Origin: Octopus bimaculoides
Taxonomy: Eukaryota
Direction: 5' to 3'
DNA length: 64,000 bases
Assembly (NCBI RefSeq): GCF_001194135.2
Contig: NC_068981.1
Location: 61,268,537-61,332,536 of the forward strand
Below are positions 40,438 to 53,189 of the stretch, piece by piece. The translations under genes were made by a program, and so were the position numbers. Position 1 is the stretch's first letter; the number at the start of each line of letters is the position of its first letter. Below the pieces are notes generated by a model. It made no database searches. It was not told the DNA's origin and was given only the letters and a program-made list of their open reading frames with translations.

Positions 40438-41733
40438 GGATCTAGGATGCACCATCCAAAATCTGACATAGAACGGCTATATATACAACGTACAGTAGGT
40501 GGTAGAGGCCTTATACAACTGGAAAACTATTATAAACTAACCACCATAAGACTGTAAAATACCTACTTCAGAAGCAAGGAAAACTAATACAAATACCCAC
40601 AAAACACTAGCAAAAAATAAAACTATTTTTAGTATTTAAGGAAGCTGACAAATACAAACAAGAAATCATACTAACAAATATGAAGAAGAAGAAGAAGAAG
40701 AAGAAGAAGAAGAAGAAGAAGAAGAAGAAGAAGAAGAAGAAGAAGAAGAAGAAGAAGAAGAAGAAGAAGAAGAAGAAGAAACAACAACAAAAGCTATAAA
40801 ACATGAAATCTAAACTAAAACTAGAATAGCAACGGACCATGATGAAACGATGGCAAGAAAAGCCCCTTCATGGCAAATACTGGGCTAAACTAAATGCAAA
40901 ACAAATAGACAGAGAAAAATCCCGGCAATGGTTGAGAAGCTCAGGTCTCAAAGCAGAGGCTGAAGGATTTTTAATTGCAGCACAAGACCAAAGTGCCGCT
41001 ACCAGAAATTATCAAAAACATATAATGGAAAGAAACAGAAACACGTAATTGCAGAATATGTGGCGATTGACAAGAAACAATAAATCATATTATCTCTGGC
41101 TGCCCAGTCCTTGCTAAGAACGAATATATTCACAGACACGACAGAGCTGGGACCTACATACACTGGAAGCTATGCCAACACTATGGAATAACAACAGAAA
41201 AAAGATAGTATAGACACACGCCAGAAATGGACACAAAAAACGAGAAAGCAACCATACTCTGAGATATGCCAATGCACATAGAAAGGGAAATTAAGGCCAA
41301 TAGACCAGATATAGTTGTGAGAGATATAAAGACAAACATGCTTTCTAATTGATGCATCAATACCAGCAGATGATATCGTTTCATTAAAATAAATGGAGAA
41401 ACTTTCAAAATACAAAGACCTGGAAATAGAGGTAACTTGAATGGGGAATCTAAAAACAGAAGCAATTCCTATCATAGAAGGCGCCTAAGGTATGATAGAA
41501 TTTATTTAGACAAATACATAACAAAAACACCAGGACTTACAAGTATATATATCATGCAGAAATTGCACTACTGGGCACTGCACCTATCCTACGCAAAACA
41601 GTTTCAATGCAGTAACCATAAGAGCATCACAGCAAACTACAGCACATACCCAAGGCACACAGAGCTGCACTCGTTAGTGAAGTGAAAGCACGCTGCAAAA
41701 ATTAAACTGCTGTATAATAATAATAATAATAAT
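40436..41733 (+). mobile_element. R4/Dong-type LINE 3' portion (~1.3 kb) between two (TAA)n tracts, with internal (GAA)33
   Basis: MHHPKSDIERLY..GGRGL, KPLHGKYW, CRICG..ETINHIISGC (CCHC knuckle), ANRPDIVV..FLID (RLE). (TAA)n at 40384-40435 and 41713-41733. Stops and frameshifts present. Confidence 0.92.
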
Positions 41734-41959
41734 GTAACAACAAAAGAATGAGATCTCGATATTAGGGAAATAGAGGATTGTATATATATATATATATATA
41801 TATAAACACGGAGCAAATTGTCTACTTAACCCTGCAAAATCAGAAATTGGCATAACTAGTAAGGACACTTGAAAAAAACAAATTACTGCTAAAGTTAGAG
41901 AGGCAACTAACTTAGTATAATTGTCCCGTAGTATAGAAGTTGTTAACTGGTTTCAAGCA

Positions 41960-43040
41960 ATTGAAAATAAGATATTAAAGCCATGTTTACAGAATTTGAT
42001 ATTGTAGATTTCTATGCAGCTATTTCTAAAAAACTGCTAGATAAAGCCCCCACTTTCGCAAGCGATTTTACAGAGATTAGTGATCAAGATAAGTATATAA
42101 TCCTCCATGCTAGAAAGACCTTACTCCGCAGTGAGAACGCAGAGTGGGTCAAGACAACAGACACGTTAGGGAAACCATTTCGTTGTGTAGATTTAACTAA
42201 GAATACCAATGGGCCAGCGCAAGATAGGTTAAGGAATATATTATCCAACTTACGAAAACATTCGATCTTAGCGTAACAATAGATACCAAACTGACGGTTG
42301 TCAATTTTCTACACATATCTCTAGATTTACAAAATAATATTTACAAGCCCTATAAGAATTTAAGAATTTAGTTAAGAATATTAGTAGGATAATTTCTGGT
42401 CTCTCTGCCAGTATAAACATATTTAATAATGCCGCCTCACTACATAACAATGCCTTTAAAGCTAGTGGATTTAAAGAAGAAATAGCTTACAGTCCCATTA
42501 TTAGTCCAGAAATAAAGAAAAGAAAATATAGACATGGGAAAAGTTTGTGCTTCACACCCCTTACTACTCCGAAGTAACCTTTCATATTGGTAAATATCCC
42601 TTGTCATTTATAGATAGACATTTTCCAATACATCACAAATATACATAACTCTTTAATAGGCATAAACTTAAAATTAGCTTTAATTCCACCCCAAACTTTA
42701 CGCACAATACAACACAAAACCACGAAGCCGGCTGTCCCTGCAGGGATAAAGACCTGTGCCTACTAAGTGGAGCCTGTATGACCAAGGCAATTATCTATGA
42801 AGCAACTGTAAATTCCACGAAGGCTAATAATACAGACCCATCCAAGAGACATATGAATGTCACAGATGGTAATTTCAAAACAACATTCAGCAATCACACC
42901 TTAAACTTCAGACACTGGAATAAACGAAAGACTACCAAATTATCCAGTTGTATATGTTTCTTTAAAGAACAAGGTCTCAACTACAGGATTTACCGGAAGT
43001 TCTTAGCCAAGTATCCAATATGTCTTAACTTACACTAATC
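41960..43040 (+). mobile_element. Penelope-like element remnant (RT pieces plus GIY-YIG), internally deleted
   Basis: FDIVDFY.AISKKLL.KA..FA, IILHARKTLL...WVK, C.L.G.CMTKAIIYEATV, FKTTFSNHTLNFRH..TKLS. Confidence 0.75.
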
Positions 43041-43084
43041 TTTTAAATTGTGTTATTGTGTACGTGTGTGTGTATATGCATACG

Positions 43085-43122
<38 letters not shown>

Positions 43123-44364
43123 NNNNNNNNNNNNNNNNNNNNNNNNNNNNNNNNNNNNNNNNNNNNNNNNNNNNNNNNNNNNNNNNNNNNNNNNNNNNNN
43201 NNNNNNNNNNNNNNNNNNNNNNNNNNNNNNNNNNNNNNNNNNNNNNNNNNNNNNNNNNNNNNNNNNNNNNNNNNNNNNNNNNNNNNNNNNNNNNNNNNNN
43301 NNNNNNNNNNNNNNNNNNNNNNNNNNNNNNNNNNNNNNNNNNNNNNNNNNNNNNNNNNNNNNNNNNNNNNNNNNNNNNNNNNNNNNNNNNNNNNNNNNNN
43401 NNNNNNNNNNNNNNNNNNNNNNNNNNNNNNNNNNNNNNNNNNNNNNNNNNNNNNNNNNNNNNNNNNNNNNNNNNNNNNNNNNNNNNNNNNNNNNNNNNNN
43501 NNNNNNNNNNNNNNNNNNNNNNNNNNNNNNNNNNNNNNNNNNNNNNNNNNNNNNNNNNNNNNNNNNNNNNNNNNNNNNNNNNNNNNNNNNNNNNNNNNNN
43601 NNNNNNNNNNNNNNNNNNNNNNNNNNNNNNNNNNNNNNNNNNNNNNNNNNNNNNNNNNNNNNNNNNNNNNNNNNNNNNNNNNNNNNNNNNNNNNNNNNNN
43701 NNNNNNNNNNNNNNNNNNNNNNNNNNNNNNNNNNNNNNNNNNNNNNNNNNNNNNNNNNNNNNNNNNNNNNNNNNNNNNNNNNNNNNNNNNNNNNNNNNNN
43801 NNNNNNNNNNNNNNNNNNNNNNNNNNNNNNNNNNNNNNNNNNNNNNNNNNNNATATATATATATATATATATATATACGTATATTCATACGTATAGATGC
43901 CTAAATATATATGTATTATGCTACGTGTATGCATGTAAGCACCTATGTGTATGTGTGTATGTATGAGTACGTACATACATATATGCCTGTGTTTGTGCGT
44001 GTGTATGCACGTACGTATACATTTTTGTGTGACTGTAAGTATGTAGACGTTCCTAACGCAAGGGTTTTATATCTATGTATCGTGAGAATATGGTTGTGTG
44101 TATATTTTTATACATATATATATTTTATAAATGTCTATAGTATATATTTTATCTTTTTCCACCTATTAGTGTTACTTCGAATATATTTAATGGTTTTTCG
44201 TAGCGTCTGTTGCCATTAATTGCTGATGAGAATATATCGTAGCTATTCGCTTGGGAATTCGAGCCTTCCAGTATTATAATGACAACCTTTGGCTGCTTGT
44301 TCTCATTTGGAACACACAGACACACGTACAAAGCACACACACACACACACACACACAAATATAT

Positions 44365-44985
44365 ATGTATAATTAATCTCTTTCAAAGTAGGATCCTACA
44401 CATCTCTACAAAATTAATATCCTTCAAATTAGGATCTACTGATTTCACTGTAATTGTAGAAATGCACTGGCCACTTCGTGAATGCATCCTTCTAGTGACC
44501 CAAATGTAAGCATCAAAATACATTTAATCTTTTCAAGGCCTTCAAAATTAATGCCCTAAAGTTTTTCCTTCATATTTGGAAGCAACTAAAAGTTACAGGG
44601 CGCAAGTATGGAGCGTAATGTGGGATAATTTTAATGTTCATCGCTGTCAAGTGCTTGGAGACTAGAATGGAATTGTGGACACGTTCACTTTCCTGCTACA
44701 GTTTCGACCGACCCTTATAAAAGGCTCCTTCTTTTCGCTACGAAATATTTTCTTGAACACCCTCAACATTTTGAAGAAGTACTCATTATTGACCGTCTGT
44801 CATGAGGGAACCCAAATTGTACCTTTGCCGGCGAAGAAAGCGACCGTTATATGGTTCCTGCTGCACCTGCTTTACCTAGATTACCTGTGTCTGAGGGATG
44901 GCAAATTTTACCCTGCTAGAGTCTGGTGTGCAAAGTTTTCAACTCGTAGTTCTTGTATCACCAAATTGTTTGCAAATAATCCATG
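44365..44985 (-). mobile_element. Mariner-family transposase catalytic-domain fragment, decayed
   Basis: Minus-strand frames give IPHYAPY.APCNF.LLPNMKEKL.G..FE..EKIK (equivalent to PYSPDLAPCDFWLFPKLK), with GQTVN-like and TGDE-like remnants upstream. Confidence 0.65.
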
Positions 44986-45088
44986 TGCGTGCGTGCGTGT
45001 GTTTGTGTTTGCGAGTGTGTGTGTGCATATGCATGTATGTATACATTGATAGATTAATGAATCGTTGAATGTATGAATGTGCATATAT

Positions 45089-45152
<64 letters not shown>

Positions 45153-45177
45153 ACACACACACATATATATATATATG

Positions 45178-45352
45178 GGAGAATATACAAAAAATAACAA
45201 CAGACGAGGACAGGTGGTGTAAATAACAAAAGTATATATTAGTATGACGCTCGGGAATACGGAAAGTCTTTGACGTTTCGAGCTACGCTCTTCAACAGAA
45301 AGAATACGGAGACAAGGAGAAAAACACGGAGAAAAAAAATTGAATAGTGTTC
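45178..45352 (-). mobile_element. Short (~175+ bp) hammerhead-bearing repeat (solo pLTR or retrozyme-like), young copy
   Basis: Identical over 175 bp to 51599-51773; abuts a (CA)n(TA)n tract. Confidence 0.85.
45267..45303 (-). ncRNA. Minimal type I hammerhead ribozyme fold, A6U core variant
   Basis: Minus strand TCTTT-CTGTTGA-A-GAGC-GTA-GCTC-GAA-ACGT-C-AAAGA: 5-bp stem I, 4-bp stem II, palindromic helix III and a GUC site. Confidence 0.7.
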
Positions 45353-45659
45353 AGTCAACGGTCATGCGTGTGTATATGTATCCAAATACAAACCGACTAC
45401 TAATTTAGAAGCATAAATATACGCTATATCGGCAACGTTTCAAAATCCAGTTCTTACTCTAGAATGTATCTAACAATAGGAAACTAATTATGAGACAGTA
45501 AATGTTTCTCAGCCTCCACCACTCATCTGTAATGTAGGCAACATGGTTAGTTATGATGACATTTTATGTAAATACCCTGTGAGGAATTGATTTATTTGAA
45601 TAGGTAGTATGACCTTTCAAAACGATGTAAGATACAAAATAATTCATTCAGGTTATATA

Positions 45660-46582
45660 TCAACTAGTTGACGTACCTGATAATTCCGTAGAAAGGGGGA
45701 CTTATCCCTTGGTTCCGTTCTCATTATTGTTTCGCTAATCCAATAACAACAATACAAAGTACGTAGCTCTTAAAACTGTGTTTGTGCATTTACAGAGAAT
45801 ACCGAAATGTCTTCACAAGATCTTGATTTTTTGGAATTTCCAATAAGTTATAAATACCCAAATTGTGAAGTCAGTCATAAAATAACATGAAATTAGTTAC
45901 CTAATAGTAAGAATTCAAAAAAGTAACCCCGAAAAGGGCTTTAATGCATTCCCAGAGTGTATATAACATAGGAGTAAATACTAATAAGGTATGTATACTA
46001 AAATCGTGAAGCACGTTACGTAATAACAGGCTAATCAGATATGAAATAATAACAGTTCAAAAGTAAATAACTCTGAAAAGAGCTTTCATGCGTTCCCAGT
46101 GGATATTACGCTCAAAGGCGCTAGTGTTCGTATATTCGTGAATAAATCACAAACCGAAATAAGTGGGTCTATTGTTTATGAAAATGCTATTTACTTGTTT
46201 AAGGGTTGTATTGGATAAATTGCGAAAATAACTCTGACAGTTAAAATTATAATAAATAAGCACACTCAATTTGATTTATGCCAAATAATTTAGGAAAATG
46301 AACAGGTTATTTTTCTTGGTTATATATAAGGATGCCTTCCAGGGGTGAATGGGTTATTTCCCTTGGTTTTTAAAATAAGATGGATTAGATATATATAAGG
46401 CTCCCTTCCAGGGGCCCTATTATCAACTTTTTCAACAATCTGAGTATGTCACGAAGTTTCCAGACACGAGTTTTACTCATATGTTAAGTTTCATCAAAAT
46501 TGTTAAAATGATGTAGGAGGAGTTAGCTAACAACTCCACAAACACAGCCACAGACAGAATTTCCAACATGTGTAGTAGATAG
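45660..46582 (+). mobile_element. Probable non-autonomous Helitron-like element
   Basis: Starts AACTAG after an AT run, contains internal degenerate repeats, and ends AAGTTTCATCAAAAT..GTAGGAGGAGTT..ACAGACAGAATT..GTAGTAGATAG. This resembles the ends of short invertebrate Helitron-like repeats. No TIR or TSD seen. Confidence 0.4.
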
Positions 46583-47249
46583 CAACACTAAACGTTGTAA
46601 AATTAATTGCAACAACTTTTAGGAGAGATTTGCATTTCAAATAAAACATATAAACAAATTATTTTTAATTAGTACATACATTCATGCAAAGGTCTCCATG
46701 TAAAGCATCCGTTTCATACTACAAAATATACGCATAGAATTGTTCTGTAATTGCATTTACGTTCAACTGTTTATCTAGCGATTAAAGCATTTGTATTGAG
46801 ATTAAAGGTTCTTTCTACGCCAATGAGTTATAATGATATCCAGATAAGTTTTCTGTGAAACTTCATGATATGTTTGAAATCGAATAATGTGCACAGATTA
46901 ATGTGACAAAAATAACTTTAAAGTAACGGGGAGAGTGTGTGAAGGATGTAGCCAATATTTCTCTTATTTTTTACACTTCCGTCTATTTGCTGTGGATAAT
47001 TCTATATTTCTCTCTCCTTCTCGTTGAACACTTACACACATGTATAGATTATCACCTATACATACATACATACATGCATACATACATACATACATACATA
47101 CATACATACATACATACGTACTACGTACATGTGTGAATGTGAGTGTATGTGTTTGAATAAGTGTAATGCATGTATGCATGAATGACTACCATTTACTAAT
47201 ATTCGCCTTGGTGACAAAAAATACATAAATGAGATTATTTCGCTTTCCC

Positions 47250-47286
<37 letters not shown>

Positions 47287-50200
47287 TAGACTGATTTTGA
47301 CCACATCTGTACTGCAGAGAAATAGGGATACTTATTGAGTACTAATTCTATTGAACGCTTTTTTAACGCGTGGTTTAGATTAGCAATTATAATTTGGTAG
47401 AAACATAGCATAACTGTTAATCATACTGCGTTGATGGCTATTTAGTTACGTTGCAGATATGTTTAATTGCTTTCACACGATCACTTCAGGCTTCCGATAA
47501 GTTAGCATGGCTTCCCGGTGCGTAGAGTAATATGCATGTATTCCAAATGTTAGGCGTGACTTATTAATTCGAAAGAAATACGTTAACATTTTCATTCAGA
47601 TCAGAGACTCTTCCCCTCACAAAAGATATAATTTTCTTGCTTCCTTTCTAATTATATAGTGAAACGTCAACAGAATGATGAAGAATATATACCATAAGAT
47701 TATCATTTTATATGTTATCATTTTATTACTCTTAGTTTAAAATTTATTGGATTATTTCACGGTTGATATGTTGTAGGTGTATACTGAGGTTCAGTCAGTT
47801 GTTTACCCCATATTTTCTCAATTATTTGATCTCACAAATTTATATTTATTCTTGCCGAGACATAATCATAGGCTTATAGCTGCAATTATTTCGAATTCCT
47901 TTGAACTACATCGAATCGAAACTATTATCAAAATACGTTCTCGACAAGGCACTGCCTTCTTAAGAAAAATGCATACGTTGGAAAGCATAGTCCATAATAC
48001 TCAAAAACAGGATATGATCACAAATTGGGAATCTTTTATTATAGGCTCTGAGTTTTCTTGATCGTCAATAACAAAGCGAGTTCTCTTCTCTTTAATACTT
48101 CAAAATACTTAAAACTCCACCAATTATTACACAGCAAATCACAAGAAAAGCAGACACTGGATGATGTGCTGCTAATATAACTTCAGATACCTTTGGATAT
48201 CAAAATATATATATAAAAAAAAACATACTTATAAACATAAGGCCCTCCAAAACCCTCCCAATAAAAATTCAATGACACAGTAAATTAACATCAAATAAAA
48301 TATATTCCATCTGCAGTAAACGGCTGTTAATTGGCAAAAAAATCTATTTCATTGTTCGAAATAGTTTCCAAAATCCATTCTGATGATATGCTGAATGCAA
48401 ATTTCACCGATTGTAATTTTAATTTCATCTTTCCGAGTTCTGAAAACACTGTCAGTTTAGAACATTGGTCCAATAGGCTGACTTCGAACACGTCTTAAAA
48501 TATATGGCTTTGCACATCTTTTAGAAATCGATATTCAAATCTGTTATAGTATATTTGGATCAAATATCCTAGTGTTAATTAGATAACGACCAGCTTCATT
48601 ATTCTAATAGCTATAGTGGTGTTAGATTGAAAATGTCAGTTTACTATGCACATTAGAATGACTTTATTGTACATCATCTCGCTACTGTTGAGTTGAATCT
48701 GTAATACAGTCCCAGTTAAATTTCTATAGTTTTTAATTCTTAGCTCCATTCATTCTGATAGCTAACAACTTTGTACAGAAGTATTTTGATAATCATATAG
48801 CTAGAATTACTTGCAATTAGCATATATGCTTGATTGGCATACACGACAACTGCTTTTGAAAACATTACATAATTAGTTGTTGTGCTAATTATGTAGCATT
48901 TCAGGTAGATATTCCCGAAGAAAGTGTATGAGAAACTTTTATTAGACATAAAAGTGTAAATCGGTAAGATTATGATGGTATTAAATGTATTGTACCTAGT
49001 TGAAAGCACGACGAACTTTTGGCCTAGCTGTTTTGATCAATGGGCGCATATAAAACAGAATCCATAAAAAAGAAATAGTATGTTTATGTACTAAAATCTT
49101 AATCATAACTTCCGGATCAGTAAAATAAATTTCACTTAGGATATTGAATAAAGAATACTTTGTATAAAATACATCGGAAGCTTATAAAATAGTAAAAAAA
49201 GAAATGAAAATGTTCCTATGCATGACTGGGTTTATGTGAGTGTGCGTGGTTGCGTGTGGGTGTGTACCTGTGTGTGTTTGAGTGCGTGTAGATGTGTGTG
49301 CGCATGTGCGCGCGCGCGTGCGTGGTATGTGCAACTGTTAACACGCGTATGTAGGTCTCTATGCGTATTCATCTATGCATGTAATTTCAGCTAGACACGT
49401 ATAGGCCGGAATGAAGGAGGGAAGAGTAGAAAGTATAAAAGTTGACGATGAGGAAAAACTGATAAAGAATGTAAACACTTACCTCTTAATTCAATAATTA
49501 CGTTGCAGCAAATTTTCCGTTACACATTAGGGGAGTGAGAGCAAATGTTAGTCCACGTGGAAGATTTATGCAAACTACTTGTTGTGCAGTAATGCAATTA
49601 CAACGTTGCTGGAACTCGGGTGGGATTCTTTCGTGTCTTCGAGGAAGCATACGATAAATAAATAGGGATACACAAGAGGTAATGACAAGGGAAAAGAAAA
49701 AATAACGGATAAACAGTAATAAAGAAAGTAATGGGGAAAAGACTGAGCACAGCTGATTGATAGTAGTGAGTTCGCTGTGTAAACGTGTTGTTCAAGACAC
49801 TTCCCCTTCCCACACATACATTAAACGGTTTCAAAGAACAATATGTATTTCAACAATTCCTTTATAATATGAAAAACAGAGAATGTGATAATTTCAAAAA
49901 TCACAAAACACCTATACAACTTTATTCATTCTTCTTTCTTTCTACATCACTTTCTTTATTTCTCATTTTCATTCGCTCTTCGTTACGTGCGCACGCTAAC
50001 TTTCGGTTACTTTCTCGCCCCCTCTTATTTACTGGATTCTACCTACCCATCGATCTATCTTCATTTCATTTATTCTACAAACTGTTTATATTCTTTTATA
50101 TTTTCCTTCTCTTCCTATCACTCACTATTTTTGTTAACAGAATTTTTGCTTCATGAATCTATCACTTTGTCACGAGAATTCTTTCCATCACTCACTCCCT

Positions 50201-50725
50201 AATATAATATCTCGCTATATAATTTCGTTCAAGTTTATGCCACATGACATTCTGTCTATCTTTCATCTATAAATTTGCTCATTCAGCATTGTCTGTTGCA
50301 CTCTTCTTTCTTCTTCATTAATTCAGAATATGTGTGTGCTTCATTCTTTCTCTCCTCCTCTAGCATTCTACCCATCTGTGTGTGTATAGAGATCAGTGTA
50401 TCTGAATGTTACTGCGTATATTTATGTTTGTGTAGCACAAACAAACGCCTAGTCTTTTATTAGCCAGAATACTAAATAATATGAAAGCGTAGTAGTGCTC
50501 TAAAAGAAATCATGAGATATGACTATACGTGTGTATGTACCTGAGTGAGAAGATATATATATCTATATATGAGTGTATATAAATATATATATATATNNNN
50601 NNNNNNNNNNNNNNNNNNNNNNNNNNNNNNNNNNNNNNNNNNNNNNNNNNNNNNNNNNNNNNNNNNNNNNNNNNNNNNNNNNNNNNNNNNNNNNNNNNNN
50701 NNNNNNNNNNNNNNNNNNNNNNNNN

Positions 50726-50770
<45 letters not shown>

Positions 50771-50842
50771 TAAATGTATATATATATATATATGTGTTTG
50801 TGTCTGTGGTGAGTGTGTGTCTATATAAATGTATAAATGTGA

Positions 50843-50877
<35 letters not shown>

Positions 50878-51149
50878 CGTGTGCCTACATATATGTGTAT
50901 ATACAACATATATGTAATATATACATATATATATACATACACACGCGCGGGCACACACACACATATCTATATGTATATTATCATACATATCTATGAATAT
51001 ACAAATATATACATTTATTCTATCATTTGTGTTTGCTATGCGTCTACTGTGATGTTCTGCAGGAGCAATACCGTGATTTTATACTTTTAAATATTTATTT
51101 TGTTTGGTTGATTTGTACAGTTGGGGGATTTCATATGTCTATCAATGCA

Positions 51150-51165
51150 TACCTATCTATCTATC

Positions 51166-51196
<31 letters not shown>

Positions 51197-51211
51197 CTAT
51201 CCATCTATGTG

Positions 51212-51262
<51 letters not shown>

Positions 51263-51283
51263 CTCTATATATCTATCTATCTC

Positions 51284-51337
<54 letters not shown>
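51150..51337. repeat. (TCTA)n microsatellite
   Basis: Read directly. Confidence 0.95.
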
Positions 51338-51339
<2 letters not shown>

Positions 51340-51361
51340 ACACATATACAGCATATATATA

Positions 51362-51524
51362 TGCGCAGCCAATGGGGTGTGGTGAGATGTATACTGTCCA
51401 ACCGCATGATTTAGGGTTCAGTGTCACTGCGTGACATCTCAGCCGAGTGTTTTCTTCTATAACCTCGGGCCGACTAAAACGTGGTGCGTGGATTTGTTAC
51501 ACAGAAATTGAAAGAAGCCCGTCG

Positions 51525-51530
<6 letters not shown>
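51362..51530 (+). mobile_element. Degraded SINE 5' half (family of 54365-54830)
   Basis: GTGTGGT..GGGTTCAGTGTCACTGCGTG..CCTCGGGCCGAC..GAAAGAAGCCCGTCGTATA. Confidence 0.7.
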
Positions 51531-51598
<68 letters not shown>

Positions 51599-51600
<2 letters not shown>

Positions 51601-51773
51601 AGAATATACAAAAAATAACAACAGACGAGGACAGGTGGTGTAAATAACAAAAGTATATATTAGTATGACGCTCGGGAATACGGAAAGTCTTTGACGTTTC
51701 GAGCTACGCTCTTCAACAGAAAGAATACGGAGACAAGGAGAAAAACACGGAGAAAAAAAATTGAATAGTGTTC
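51599..51773 (-). mobile_element. Short hammerhead-bearing repeat, identical to 45178-45352, runs into a gap
   Basis: 175-bp identity; hammerhead fold at 51688-51724. Confidence 0.85.
51688..51724 (-). ncRNA. Minimal type I hammerhead ribozyme fold, A6U core variant
   Basis: Same sequence as 45267-45303. Confidence 0.7.
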
Positions 51774-52995
51774 NNNNNNNNNNNNNNNNNNNNNNNNNNN
51801 NNNNNNNNNNNNNNNNNNNNNNNNNNNNNNNNNNNNNNNNNNNNNNNNNNNNNNNNNNNNNNNNNNNNNNNNNNNNNNNNNNNNNNNNNNNNNNNNNNNN
51901 NNNNNNNNNNNNNNNNNNNNNNNNNNNNNNNNNNNNNNNNNNNNNNNNNNNNNNNNNNNNNNNNNNNNNNNNNNNNNNNNNNNNNNNNNNNNNNNNNNNN
52001 NNNNNNNNNNNNNNNNNNNNNNNNNNNNNNNNNNNNNNNNNNNNNNNNNNNNNNNNNNNNNNNNNNNNNNNNNNNNNNNNNNNNNNNNNNNNNNNNNNNN
52101 NNNNNNNNNNNNNNNNNNNNNNNNNNNNNNNNNNNNNNNNNNNNNNNNNNNNNNNNNNNNNNNNNNNNNNNNNNNNNNNNNNNNNNNNNNNNNNNNNNNN
52201 NNNNNNNNNNNNNNNNNNNNNNNNNNNNNNNNNNNNNNNNNNNNNNNNNNNNNNNNNNNNNNNNNNNNNNNNNNNNNNNNNNNNNNNNNNNNNNNNNNNN
52301 NNNNNNNNNNNNNNNNNNNNNNNNNNNNNNNNNNNNNNNNNNNNNNNNNNNNNNNNNNNNNNNNNNNNNNNNNNNNNNNNNNNNNNNNNNNNNNNNNNNN
52401 NNNNNNNNNNNNNNNNNNNNNNNNNNNNNNNNNNNNNNNCAAAGAACTGCTGATTCCAAAACTACAAATTATTTGTTTTTTGTTCTCTGTGTATCAAAAA
52501 TATCGCTATCAATTTAGAGTAATAATTTGTGGTTTTGGAATCAGTAGTTCTTTGGCTGCTATTTCTGAATTCTCAGTATGTTGGAGAAGCAGGTTACTGT
52601 CAATCCCTATATATTTATGATTATATATATATATATGTATATGTGTGTGTGTGTGTGTGTGTGAGTACACACACTCGCACATACAAACACATATACATGC
52701 ATGCATGCATATATACATATATACGTACATATTATACTGACATTTTGTATTAATTTTCAATAAGCATGTGTTCAAGTCTGTGTGTCGGGGTGCAAGTGCC
52801 AGCAGACAATGTGACCGTGTATTCTAAAATTCCTGATTTCAAGTTTCTTTCACCTTTGATCTCGGTCTAATATTAGTTTCACACCTCAGCTTTCTCAATC
52901 TCGTTCTCCACTCATTTCTCGCGCTATAGTACAAAGACGTAATTTTTCTGTATTTTAATTTTCGGCACGACTTTTTAATCTCACAGTATACCCCG

Positions 52996-53042
<47 letters not shown>

Positions 53043-53189
53043 CATCAATACATACGCGCTCACACACGCAAACCCACGTATATGGGCATATACATACAAC
53101 TAGATATCGGCACATACGCACGCGATGAACGAATATAAAGGTATATATAGATATATATAGATATATATAAATATATATATATATTGCAA

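Noticed and set aside
49500-49920. Inverted junction of two GIY-YIG-like scraps (GKCLEQHVY on minus, FKEQY on plus)
   Set aside because: Could be an inverted Penelope stub, but the similarity is too weak to assert.
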